Origin: Botryllus schlosseri
Taxonomy: Eukaryota
DNA length: 64,000 nt
NCBI GenBank assembly: GCA_051294905.1
Contig: CM119372.1
Coordinates: forward strand, 37,264,001-37,328,000
Direction: 5' to 3'
Shown: piece by piece, positions 26,075 through 38,029 of the stretch
How positions within the stretch are numbered: position 1 is the stretch's first letter
Layout of the letters: each line of letters opens with the position of its first letter
Program-made: the position numbers and the translations under genes
The notes under the pieces: generated by a model
The model's database searches: none
Told to the model about the DNA's origin: nothing
What the model saw: the letters and a program-made list of their open reading frames with translations, nothing else

Positions 26075-27692
26075 TAGGGTTACTCAGTGACGTGCGGTGA
26101 GGTTCATGGCTGGTGAGGCACGCCCCCCCCCCCCACACACACACACACAACACGCACGCAAGCACGTAAAGCACCTAATAAAGAGACCTGAAATGTGAAT
26201 AACAACAGCAGCGGGTACAGAGAGCATTTTCTTTGCACACTGATAGCCGATGCAATTCCACATTCTATAATACATGTAGGACTGGTCGCTATTGTGCTAA
26301 ATGGGCAAATTTAGACAAATAATAAGTACTATCTCTTCAAGTAGGCCTTCCGGTATAAATTATTCGAAGAACATCAAAAAAGCATCCTCAGATACGATTT
26401 TATTTTTCAGTAAAACAACACTGGATTTGTCGAATTTCGAAAAAAAATGCACTAGGTCAAGTCAAAATAAACTAGATCTAGTGTTTAGGAGTGGCACCAC
26501 TGACCACAAACAACAACGCAGGCTTTGTAAGTATATGGTTATCACAATCACATACCACAATTAGGGGTTAAAGGGATTGCAGTTGCAGTCGAACACAGCA
26601 TAAAGGACACAAACAACGATAATGCAGCCTTTGCAAGTAGCTATCATATACCACAATTTAACGTAGCTGTGGATGCAAAATACATAACAGCTACATAAGT
26701 AAGGGAATGTATTGGCTGCGAATTACGCATTGGCCGTCGCTACTTATATAATTCCTACAAGACTGATGGATTCCGAAATCGATAGCGCGTTTCGCTGCGT
26801 TTCGATTGTCCAATTGTTAGCGAATAGTGCATGAAGCAGATTCGTTTGTGCCTCACCTCGCCATTGTTTCTCTATGATAGCATTGCCTGTAATGAAGGCG
26901 AAGGTCACCTTCCTTGGCGATTTATGGGGTTCTGGTGCCCTGACACTGTTAATATTTATATTTTCGGAATCAGTGTGACCATACCATTTCGTTGATACCA
27001 GTTATTAAGAATTCCGAGCTATTTATGATGAATTGCATAGTTGCAGGTGAGGCACGACCCGCCCGTGTCTCACCCGTGCCCCACCTCTCCTTTCGCGCTG
27101 TATTTTTGAATAATAATGATGCAAATCGATGATGTTGGATGAATAAAATGTTCAAATTTAGTTATTTATGAACATCGATGTGTAACATCAATATAATCAC
27201 GACTCATGGATGGGTTTCACAATTTTCACTTACTCATCCAGACGACAGGTGAGGCACTGCCTCACCTGCCTCATTGGACCGCACGTCACTGGGGTTACTA
27301 TAAGTCCTCTTTTATGAGTATTTGTATGCTTGTTTTTTTAACTTTATTGAAAGTGTCCTCGGAGGACGCCCAAATATCCTCTTCTTTGAAAATATTGGTT
27401 AAATATAGGGCAAATATTGACTGATATACAGTAAATCAGCACTGAAGTAACACTGCGGCGGCTATTTCTGGAGCTGAGCCGAGAAGCTGACCGTTTTTTT
27501 AGTCAACCAACCGATAATGTGAAAGAAAAACCGTAATTTGTGGTTCGAGCCAAAAAGTTGACCTTTTTTTTGTAGTCAACCGACCACGAGATGAGAAAAA
27601 AAATATCATTTTTCAGTATTTTCCTCCGGTATTGCAAGTCAAAATTTGGAAAAAGTGTCCTCTTTTCAGAGTTCCAAAATATGGTAAACCCA
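26075..27692. mobile_element. hAT MITE family D, nested in A
   Basis: TAGGGTTACTATA...TATGGTAAACCCA termini; TSD AGTAATAT/AGTATTAT; inverted homolog of 57877-58321. Confidence 0.8.
26085..27291. mobile_element. hAT MITE family C, inserted in the TIR of D
   Basis: Perfect 14-bp TIR CAGTGACGTGCGGT; perfect TSD GGGTTACT; TGAGGC motifs; relatives at 9809-11110 and about 44130-44633. Confidence 0.92.
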
Positions 27693-28456
27693 AGTATTAT
27701 GAATGTATAAACTAATGTATCAGCCCGATTCAAATTATGCAAGAGATTTGTTAAGATTAGTACTGAGCAGAAATACACTGCTACAGATCGAATACTACTA
27801 TTCTACGACAACGTAAGCTCTAATCACTACGTTTGCCGTCAATTTATTTGTGACATGCCGACGGAGGCAGAGTAAAGCCAGGTTGCGCAATCGTGGAATG
27901 ACTGGTTGTTCACATATCATATCAGCGTGTCGAGAGCCTGCTGTACGTTCAGGTACAACGAGTAAGTCGAGACCGATAATTTGATGACTTTGAATTGACT
28001 AGCAAATTATTACTTCAAGTCACAAGTAAATCCACATTTTTGCAACGCCGAGTCAAGTCGAGTTATTTTTCCAAGGTCATTTCAACACTGGCTTGGTCCG
28101 ACTTCGAAACGCGTCTTCCCTAGATATTGTCGAAGAGAAGAATATTATTCGAGTTGGCGTAATCGGGTGAATCCACGGTCTTAATCGGGTGAATCCACGG
28201 TCTTCATCGCGAAAGACTGCAATCGACTCTCGGCGCTAGCACGTTTATCCGGGCAAAATTTTTTTTACCACGAGTCAGCAGACTAACCATCGTAAAATCA
28301 CATGAATACCCTCGAAATATCACTCTGTAGTACCATAAGTGCTAAAAAACGGTTTCATACTTTACATAGTGGGTTAATGTCAATTTATTAAGGTCTAGCG
28401 GTCCGTCAATTATTATTTGAAATTATACCGTTCCGCGAGGAGAAAAGGGCTGAGAA

Positions 28457-28647
28457 CAATGTTCCGTCTAAGCTGCGCACGTGCCAAACGCGCAGTGCTG
28501 ACACGGTCTCTGCGCATAGAAAATCTAAGTTGCGCACAAAAATCCGAAGTGATGACCTTTTTTTAGTCGTTACGTGCTATTGTCCAAGCGTCTGCGCAGT
28601 GAGTTGGTGAGTGTGCGCAGACTCGTCATAACTTAGAGGGAACATTG
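28457..28647. mobile_element. Small MITE inserted in the right TIR of E
   Basis: TIRs CAATGTTCCGTCTAAG / CTTAGAGGGAACATTG; TSD GCTGAGAA/GTTGAGAG; TGCGCA motifs. Confidence 0.8.
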
Positions 28648-29726
28648 GTTGAGAGCCGCTGGTCTTCACCATTGTCTTTCAAATGTATATCACGAAGCTG
28701 TTGAAATGAGACGATATTCCTCCAGCGGGGCAATTCGATAACTTCACAGTCATAGACGCTGAGATTGGGTCTGCTAGGTATGCCGCGCATACCTAGTAAC
28801 TTTTTGGGTGTAACTCCCTGACTAGCAGGCGATTCAGAAATGAGCAATGTATTTCGTAATGATGCAGCTCACTTGAGAAAATCAGCATTAATTGATTGAT
28901 CGAATGCACATTATTAGAAGACGCGGCGTGAGGCAACAAGACCAAGACCTTGATATTATAGATGCCAATTTCTATAGGCCCGAAATGTAGCGATCGTCAT
29001 CATTGTGTAGAAATATGATATCTGGCGCAACGGCTCGAACTATCGCGTCTGCTGTGATTGAGATAGTTTTGACTTGCGCAATTATTAAAACACAGCTATC
29101 GGAAGATGTGTTACAGGTTCTTGATATCGAAAGTTCTGAGTCCTCTAAAATCAGTGTCACTACTGAACAGAGTCCAGAACAGACTATGCATCTTAGAAAA
29201 TAGTTCCTGTAACTTTAGTTTATTAGCCGTATTAACCAAATATGCGCATTCGTTTGTTCTCGAGACGGAGTGATTGAAATCTCCCGATTGTCGGCGAGTG
29301 TGTTGCCGAATATGTTGCGAGATCGCGAGCTCCTTAACACGATTAAGCTGATGCGATCGATGTATTATCGGCATTGGGGCACGTACATAAACATAATAAA
29401 TTGATGCTACCTTGCCAAATTTGAAATCAATTTAACAGGTGGCCGGCTGACTCCAGTTTTAAATGTTTTAAGTGTTTTAAACAACCATTTGTATTAAATG
29501 CAACCGCAGCGGTATAGGTAAGTGTCAGATCAGCGGCCATCTCTACCATGATCGACCTCGATAACGAAATTACTGCCCTGTGTAAAATCTGTTAGCGATA
29601 AATGACGAATCGGCTCTCACTCGACTTAGGAAACGAAATTATCACCAACATAGTTCAGTGACGTACTCAAAACTTGGCACAGTGTTCGATACTAAAATTA
29701 CGACATACCATGCCAAATCTCATGAC

Positions 29727-30217
29727 TAGGGCAAGTTTTTGTTGCAGTCAAATCCGTGAAATGTTGGTTTTATTTTTCACGGAAGTTTCAGTGAAAAGTT
29801 GCATTTAGGGACAAGTTCCTTAGAATTATTAACGTATGATATACTCGAATCGATCCGTATCCAAGGCAGTGTAGCAAAATTAGGTGTTGGCGACTTCAAC
29901 AAAATCAATAGCCTGAAAAAATTGACCCACTGAGAATATTTTTCATCGGTATAGCCTGAATTTACTTCAAATCAGAAAAGACTTAAAATTCAACCCACAG
30001 TATAATAATCAAGCCATCTATTCACATAAAGTGCCAAATATTTCCAGTAAAAAGTTAGTCGCATGAAAAATCGAATAAAGTTGCCTAAACTTGCATAAAA
30101 AAATAGAGAAAAGCAGTTAAAGCCTACATTATAAGATTCCTTTAAACAGCTTCAAACACCATACTACATATCTTCTGAGTATTTAGGAAGCTGTAAAAGT
30201 TGGAAAAACTTGCCCTA
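29727..30217. mobile_element. hAT MITE
   Basis: Perfect 14-bp TIR TAGGGCAAGTTTTT; perfect TSD CTCATGAC; truncated relative at about 40107-40490; interrupts a degenerate tandem dimer of about 200-bp units (29540-30460). Confidence 0.9.
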
Positions 30218-30609
30218 CTCATGACCGATCTCGGTATGGAACATCGTCAAAATCATTGGAGACCAATACCAGCCTTTGAGTAAAATCTGTTTGCGGTACA
30301 TGACGGATCAGCACACACTCAACTTCGGAAACGAAATTACCATCTTAATTTTGAGTAGCAAACCTGAAACTTGGAGCAGTGTTATATACGACCATCACGA
30401 CATAACATAGCAAGTTTCAAGAATTATCATGGTTCGTAACACTGTCAAAATCGACCTATACCAGCAACGGTCAACTCAGTACACAGGACAGCAACATAGT
30501 TCAGCTATAGATAACATTGTTACATCACACTGGCGGGGCAAATCGCAAAGTTGCCCCGCTTGATCGGTGATAATATGAATAGAGAAAGCAAATCACCGTT
30601 TCTTTATTG

Positions 30610-31944
30610 CAGTGGTTCCTAAACTTTTTATAGAGCTTCTTGGAGGTACAGAACTTCAATACACAATTGAATAGTACATTCCTATTGAAATAAACCCGAG
30701 TATTTTCGTTCGCGCCGTTGGGAGGGGCCGTTCACACTTACATTTGTGTGCCTTGGAGTCGAATTTTATCAAAATACACCAACCCAAACTCTGTCAACAA
30801 AAGAAGTTCGTGTACCACCTGAAAATAGTACATTGAACGCTCTCTCGTTCGAAATTTCATGCTGGTGACGTCATATTTTGTGATACGATTGTTGATATAC
30901 CATGTTATTTCCAATTCTCTACTAGTTGCTGACGATTGCCCTGACGAGTGTCAGCCGAAAATATTCGAGTTTATTTCAATGTGAATATACTTCAATTGTA
31001 TATTGAAACTGTTTATACCGTGACGAAAATCTGAGTTTTGTCCATCTCGCGACCCAAGCCTCATCCATCGATATGGATGCATTTCGAATATCAGTATGCT
31101 ACGTCTTGACGGGCATGTATGAAATAGCGAAGGCGTAGACATCCAATTGTTCACAATGTAGTTCTATGAAACAGTTGTGACGCACGCGATTTCAAATCGG
31201 GGTGCAATATTTTCCTCCACGGGCCACATTTGTAATGCGGGGCTCAGATTGCAAGGACGAGACTATATTCGGTGCCGACCATTTCAAAGACAGGACATAT
31301 CTGTATTGGAGGTTTTGGCCAACTAGCAACGGTCATTTTGGGCCAAGGTTTTATCGCACTCATCCTGCATTTCTAGCACCGCATTTTAGCCGCAAACGCT
31401 TGTAGGACCAAACCTTGTTTCATGTGCGGTGCGGCCCAGGCGGATAGTGTGGCCTCGAAATACATTTACACACCCTTAGAGTAAAGCATCCCAACGGGCT
31501 CCGGCGGCGTTAAGCGATTGTAGGAATATTCAGCTTTTCACAATCGCGAATAGATCCGATTCATTTCTGTAAATTATTCGGAGAAAAAACTTTTTTTCCA
31601 CCACCCTGCCCAAGTGTTACCCGCGTTAAGTTAGACCTTCCAGAGAAACCGATGTCAGACAATTCTTATCATGACAGCAAACTAATTTGTGTAATACAAA
31701 GATCGGCACATGTTAATGATTAAGGCATCGTATAGTAACCACTCTTCTGCGTGTCTCGCTTATTGGCTATAGTACACAACACAGTGACCTTCTATAGATA
31801 CAAACGAAGCACAGGATATCGCGGGAAACGCGAATAAATTTTGCTGTTGCAAGAAATTCAGCAATCGCTTCTGGCGCTCGCAACCCAAATTCATACGCTT
31901 CGCGACCCATGTTCGGGTCGCGACCTAAACTTTGAGAAACCCTG
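30610..31944. mobile_element. Buster-type hAT MITE hosting a Penelope insertion
   Basis: CAGTGGTTCCTAAAC / TTTGAGAAACCCTG termini; TSD CTTTATTG/CTTTAGTG. Confidence 0.75.
30633..31005 (+). mobile_element. Penelope-like element 3' fragment with short inverted pLTR
   Basis: Encodes GRGRSHLHLCALESNFIKIHQPKLCQQKKFVYHLKIVH* (GIY-YIG end); TSD AAACTTTTTATA/AAACTGTTTATA; hammerhead core at 30941-30966. Confidence 0.88.
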
Positions 31945-33636
31945 CTTTAGTGTAAGTGGCTTTGAGAGAACAGACAGGAAAAGCTTGTTATGAGCGCGTC
32001 CGGGCATGCCCCTGCTAGGCTTTTACAAAGCGAAAACACAAAATATAATTCGATTTTAGCTCAGCCTTCTCCATATATAGGCATTTACAATTGACAGCCC
32101 AAGAAGAATGCGATTTTTGCAGTGATTTCAGTATATATTGACTGTTGTGCGTCTATCAATTGTGAATCATCTTCACAGAACAGAATTTTAGGTGGGGCAA
32201 TGCTCCAGTTGCCCGATCGGACGAGTCGCCACTGCTGGAGCCGGTAAAATTTCAAATCAAACTTACCTAAGATGGAATCATGCAAAATGTATGAAACTCA
32301 TAAGTAATACTGGGAACTTTAGTTGAATTTATTGAAAAATAAGTTACTGTCTTTTTGATATTAAGCGTGTTGTGTGGTCCTATTGAAGATTATGGAAGAC
32401 TAAATTTAGATCTTTCATATCTCTGAATAATGCTCAAGCGTTCACCTTCTTGTCATTTTTAATTGGGGTAAAAATAAACTATGATGAACGTGGTGGGCCA
32501 CTAGAAAAGTTCATACGGACCGCCCGGACCGGTACCGGCGGCTGAGAACCATGCAGTGTTCAAGGCCAAATAGTGGTAAGCTCCAAATCGTTTTTTATGA
32601 AATAACAACGACAAACAGACACGCTCCTAAATCAGTATACTTTCGCTTCGATCTGAATCCTTTTGAGAATCTTGAGAACTGCGCATTCCTCATTGCGAGT
32701 GGCACCTGGTGCGCGTGATTTGGAAGGTCACACGTGCGACTACCCTAATGTACCCTTATTCAAAATCATTTGGCCCTGCACCGCAGCGCGATTTTTGTCG
32801 GGGAATTGTACAGGTTAATGTAGAATAAGTTAATATACCATCACGGAAGTTGAGGGTTTCGTTTCTTTACTAAAAAGCAGCCAACGACTGCGATCCTACA
32901 GAGTTATGCGACAACATGTGCAGTGCATATGCCATTTCTAAATAGTACAACACCGATGCAAATAAATGACCGACTAATATAAAACTTAAACGCGTAACAT
33001 GGATATTGTGTACTGCTATAGCGATAAGTAAAGTCACTGATCAGAGACATACATCTGAAGCCTGCATCCTCTGACATCTCAGCTGTAACTATTTCCGATT
33101 ACGCTGAATACCCAACAATTTTATCCATGTACTTCGGCATAGTAGGATGTGTAGTGTTTTAAAGCACACGATCTCAATATCCCTTGCACCCTGATCACGA
33201 CCCACAATCTATGAAATTGACGGCTTCGTGTAGTATGATGTATAATGAACATGTCCAACTATACAATCGGAATCTATCGTGTCTTCGAACGGGGTGGATT
33301 GCATAACAATCCAAAATCGATCATCACGAAGTCAGTAATTGTAATTCGAAGCGAGGTGCGTTATGATTCATACTCGTAAGACGAAAACGATTTCGCATAT
33401 AGCTACGCCGCTTTTCACGATAAGCCCGGCCCTCTAATACCGTTTTAAACAAAGACGAATTGAAGAGGTTAATAATTATTCGCACAACTCAAGTCGCTGA
33501 AAATCAGTATACATATCGCCTCGATTTTTAATCCACAGAGACAGTGTTAGATAATATAATTGTAGCGACCGCATTAACGAGATAAGCAGTGTTATTAATT
33601 GCGATTACACGATCCAATGATAATGGTAATAAGGAT

Positions 33637-34595
33637 CAGTGTTGGGATCAAGTCACTACCTTCGAGTCACGAGTCATTTCGAGTCATTGCAGATTTTGAC
33701 TCGAGTCAAGTCAAGTCAATCGATTTTCGAAGGTGACTCGAGTCAAGTCAAGTCACTCGATTTTTGGAGGTGACTCGAGTCAAGTCGAGTCAAGTCAAGT
33801 CAAGTCACGAGTCAAGTCACAATTCAAGTCAAGTTGCCTTTTCAAAGTATGAGGCATGGTTACGTCATTGAATCTTACTAGCTGTATAAAATACAGATTG
33901 AGTGGTCATTGATTTTTAACCGATTAACGAATATACACGCAAAAAAGGCGCTGTATCGCTCACATATACGTAGAACTGCTAACTTCGTAAGTAATTGCAT
34001 AGCCTCAGGTTATAGTTACCAGCCAAAATAGAGAATAGCGAACTGATAAGATGCAATAAATTACGTATTTACAAATTGATATATGATATATTCGAGCCGG
34101 CGGCAATGGGTGAGGACTATATGCAGTATATTCGAATTATATTTCAATAAGACAAGAGGTTTGATTAAGGTAAGAACAGTGAACAGAAATACACATTTTG
34201 CTATTAAATTACTTTACTATACTAGTTTGCGACAACATAAGCTGTAAGCTTCGGTCCTTTCGTTTGCGGTCAATTTATCAGTGAGAGAACAATGGAGGCT
34301 CAGTAAAACGTACGACCAATGAATGATTGGTCGCTCTCACGGGTTACACCAGCGTTTCGCGAGCAATCCGAACATATGCAAGATACAATAACTTTTGTGG
34401 ACACCGATTACTTGATGACTTGAAATTGACTCGTGAAATTTGCTCCGAGTCACGAGTCAATCCTCATTTCTGATACGCCGAGTCAAGTCAAGTCAAGTCA
34501 TTTTAGCAAAGTGACTCGAGTCAAGTCAAGTCATTTGAAAAAGGTGACTCGAGTCAGACTCGAGTCAAGTCATGACTTGAGTCATCCCAACACTG
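33637..34595. mobile_element. hAT MITE family A
   Basis: Perfect 12-bp TIR CAGTGTTGGGAT; perfect TSD ATAAGGAT; dense GACTCGAGTC/AAGTC subterminal arrays. Confidence 0.93.
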
Positions 34596-34603
34596 ATAAG
34601 GAT

Positions 34604-35424
34604 GGGTCTAATCCTAAGAGCAGGGCGTGGATAATATATGGAACAGACATCTTGTCTTTAATATTATCGGCAATATCAGGATCGCTGTGAAGGACGATAC
34701 GTAAACGCGTGATATTGAGATGTTTAACCCATTACTGTTTCGGTTGGACCAGTGAGCTGTGTTGTGAAAGACGATACGCACCCTTGATGCGAAGATCTTT
34801 AAAGCACTACATAAAAATGATCGCCAGTGGAAATCTTGCGATGCGAAGCATCGGTAGGAAGACGCCAAGCGTCATAGACAAGGAGGTTACTGGACAACAA
34901 TATTTCCATCACTTTTACGTCGCTAGTGACAAACGTGCTGGTATCCACGACCTCAAAATAAAATGGAAATATTGCAAACATTGAACCAATCCAAAAACAA
35001 ATAACAAATGCAGGGCATCTTTCAGCAGTCATTTGTCCTCGCGAGCTAACAGGTTTGACTATACTGCGAAACCGGATCACACATAACAGTAGTATGTGAT
35101 AGGGTATTATGGTGGACGTTCCGACGTCAACACTTGCTAACAAATTACAGAAGTTCGGATTTCGGAAATCCTTGAATGTCCTATTCCCGAGAACGTACAG
35201 TGGACTGTTTACAGTTGAAATGACGTGCCACAAGTAAAGTCCCGTTAGGATGATGTGAAATGTGTTGCGTTACATTCGCATCAAGATTGCCACAATCATG
35301 GAGCTTTCCAGGTCCCACACGACGGATTGCACTACGAACGTAGCAACAATCACAGCGAACTCCATGCGATTGAAAGGGAATGGTTCACTGAATGCATCCT
35401 GCGTCTCATTTTAACAAGCAGTAT
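34604..35424 (-). pseudogene. GPCR pseudogene, subtype B (paralog of 46451-47458)
   Basis: FNRMEFAVIVATFVVQSVV..ILMRM*RNTFHIIL..NSPLYV..YHILLLCVIRFRS..FVICFWIGS; start reads ATA, stop at 35270-35272, frameshift before TM5 (GVFLPML in another frame); 3' part degenerate, so the lower boundary is approximate. Confidence 0.92.
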
Positions 35425-35520
35425 CCTTTTCTATTTACCCACGGAGACGGTATTTACGTCCCTTAATGGCGACGCTTCCTATCTCCACGCATTCGAGTCT
35501 ACTCTGAATGGGGCAATATC

Positions 35521-36848
35521 CAGGGTTGCCATTGACATGGACCCAAAAATAAGGACAGTCGAAAAATTAGATTAGCATTAAAAAGTCTTTTTGTCCATAC
35601 TTTGTATTTACACGAGCCGTGGCGTATCACATTCCATACTTTTAGCAAAAACAACCTTCTCCAGCAACTTCTTGTTATTAGAAAGTGCTTCATGGATCTC
35701 ACGACAGCTGAGGTCTTGGTTTACCTTTACTCCCGGCCAAAACAGCACTTTGTCAGCCGCCCCCCTCAAAAGAACGTTGGTCTGGGGCCTCTTATAGGGT
35801 GATAAACCAAACTTTTTCACTTCGTTCTGATTAGACGCGTCAACCAAGATGGTAAAAGGCTGTACACCAAGTTTGGACAAATCAATTTTTGAGCGTATGG
35901 AGCATGAACTCCAGTAACAATGATTGTAGTCTTGGTCCATGTTGGAATCGGGGAATATTCCTTTTGCAATCGTAGTAGAGGAATGATTGCTGGTGTTTGA
36001 CGGTTTGGAATGCCCAGGTACCCTCAGCAGCAGCTGCCACTTGTGGTCTGTGGTCGTTGGTGCTGATCGACTTGTGAGAAAATTGTTCATCGACTGGTTC
36101 GAATCTATCATTATGACATTCTTCTTGTGTTTTGGGGTATCAATGTAGGCTGAAATAGCGGTCTTTCCTATGGCCCCCAGGTTAATATCACAATTGTAAA
36201 TATTGCAATGTGCAAAACACTCGCCCTTTAAGCTTCCTTTGATACCTTTGAATTCTCTCTCATAATCGTCACGAAAAAGTTTTTACGCCTGATCATTTTA
36301 ACTAATCAGATTTATCCTTGTTAGTAGCTAAAACTATATGTGCGATATAAATTTATCAATGATTTATAACTTTACTACTTTTTAACCCAAGTGTCGACTG
36401 CACTGTGCCCTTTTTCAGTACCTATAAATGCTGCCTTCCCCACAGCTTATATCTGCTGTAGGCTAAACAGCAGAAACCTGGTATTGCTGTTTACGGCTAA
36501 AATGACGTCCGCAGCGATAGCTTGGTACAGCCGAAACTTCTATACTACACACTGCCCTAGCTATCTTACCACTATGAAGTCTAATCTAGTGGTGTGTACG
36601 CCACAGTAGTTCCTTTCATTCATGATGTCATAAAAGCTCGACGCGAAGGCATAATTTTAATATATCATGCAACACAGATACCAGAGGAAAACACGATCGA
36701 AGTTCTGTAGTTGTTGAAAATAAGACAAAATAAGGACGCAAGTCGAAAAAAAGTACATTTCTTAGAAATAAGGACATTCGAGTTTTCTAAGACGTGGCCC
36801 TTAAAAATAAGGACAAATCTTAGAAATAAGGACGGTATGGCAACCCTG
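35521..36848 (-). mobile_element. Internally deleted hAT transposon with transposase relics
   Basis: 12-bp TIR CAGGGTTGCCAT; TSD GCAATATC/GCTATATC; AATAAGGAC repeats; relic BED-like finger AHCNIYNCDINLGAIGK..KHKKNV, AAAEGTWA..VKHQQSF, IFPDS, FTILVDASN, C-terminal VKVNQDLSCREI..NKKLLEKV. Confidence 0.88.
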
Positions 36849-37067
36849 GCTATATCTATAGGTTACCGGAGAGTTCACTGCGTAGCATGTTCCTATGCCC
36901 TTGATAGGCGTGGATTTAAATGCGTCGGTCGGTAGATTATTTTGTAATGTCGAGCAAATCAAGTCAGTATAAGATGGATAATGAAGTGGAATAAGCCGCA
37001 TTGACAAAATTCATATTTTCGATCTCTCTGTACATCTCCATACTGAAATTATGTATTCAAAGCATTT

Positions 37068-37633
37068 AATATACAATTAAATTGTATATTCATATTGAAA
37101 TGAACCCGAATATTTTCGGCTGACACTCGTCAGGGGTAATCGTCAGCAACTAGTAGAGAATTGGAAAGAACATTGTATATCAACAATCGTATCACAAAAT
37201 ATGACGTCACCAGCATGAAATTTCGAATGAGAGAGCGTTCAATGTACTATTTTTAGGTGGTACACGAACTCCTTTTGTTGACAGAGTTTTGGTTGGTGTA
37301 TTTTGATAAAAGTTGATTCCAAGGCACACAAATGGAATTGTGAACGGCCTCGCCCTACGATTCGAAATCGGTCGTCTCGATAATTATTCGCACAAATCGG
37401 ATTATCCAACAGATGTTTGCCGATGGCAGAATTAATGGCCTTTGATCGATCAGCATCAATCTTAAGTGGATGAGTTAAGGGTGAGCTTTTCACATCGCGT
37501 GACGCACGTGTTCTGATAAATCTGGGGACATGTTGGTTTATGCGGTCCTGCAGACGTCTTGACCGTTCACAATTCCATTTGTGTGCCTTGGAATCAACTT
37601 TTATCAAAAAAGTTCTGTACCTCCAAGAAGCTC
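37068..37633 (-). mobile_element. Penelope-like element 3' fragment (GIY-YIG endonuclease C-terminal part plus pLTR)
   Basis: RLQDRINQHVP..SAIGKHL..LESTFIKIHQPKLCQQKE; perfect 12-14-bp TSD TTCAAAGCATTTAA (37056-37069/37634-37647). Confidence 0.92.
37104..37137 (-). ncRNA. Minimal type I hammerhead ribozyme (intact core)
   Basis: ACCC-CTGACGA-G-TGTCAGC-C-GAAA-ATAT-TC-GGGT: stem I ACCC/GGGT, CUGANGA and GAAA boxes, 1-bp stem II, palindromic AATATT stem-loop III, UUC cleavage triplet. Confidence 0.8.
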
Positions 37634-38029
37634 TTCAAAGCATTTAAGCATACAGGTGAATCCACTTCATTTGGGCACCGGAAAATCTTTTTATTCGGCC
37701 AACATGCCAGGGAACGAAACAAAAGTAAAAACTGCAATGTGAAAAACTGCGCAATTCGCATATTTGATTATAACTAAAGGGGTTTTCCGACCTAAAAAAC
37801 GGAAGATTTTGACCTGAAAAATCAAAATGTTGACATTTTTTACTTTGAAAAACTTGATTTTGACAAAGTTTGGCCTCATTTATGTAAATTAGGTGTTTTC
37901 GATCATAATGTTAGAAATATAGGCCCTACTACTTATCTTCATTTCTGGTTGAAACTGTCTATCCTTACTAAGTGGTTAGTAGTTACATCATGCACTATAG
38001 TAGAAATAGGTAAAATTTGTTGTAGTAGA

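Larger units (their letters stand above)
25487..28090. mobile_element. hAT MITE related to family A, nested in E
   Basis: CAGTGTTG...CAACACTG termini; perfect TSD GCTTGGTC. Confidence 0.88.
25082..28661. mobile_element. hAT MITE family E (outermost host of a nested stack)
   Basis: TIR CAGTGGTTCTCAACC; TSD GTCTACAT/GTCTTCAC; colinear with the uninterrupted copy at 38206-38966. Confidence 0.85.

Noticed and set aside
33655..33835. GACTCGAGTCAAGTC arrays as a CRISPR-like locus
   Set aside because: Irregular 5-10-bp motifs without unique spacers, lying inside TIR/TSD-bounded hAT MITEs; no cas genes; eukaryotic context.
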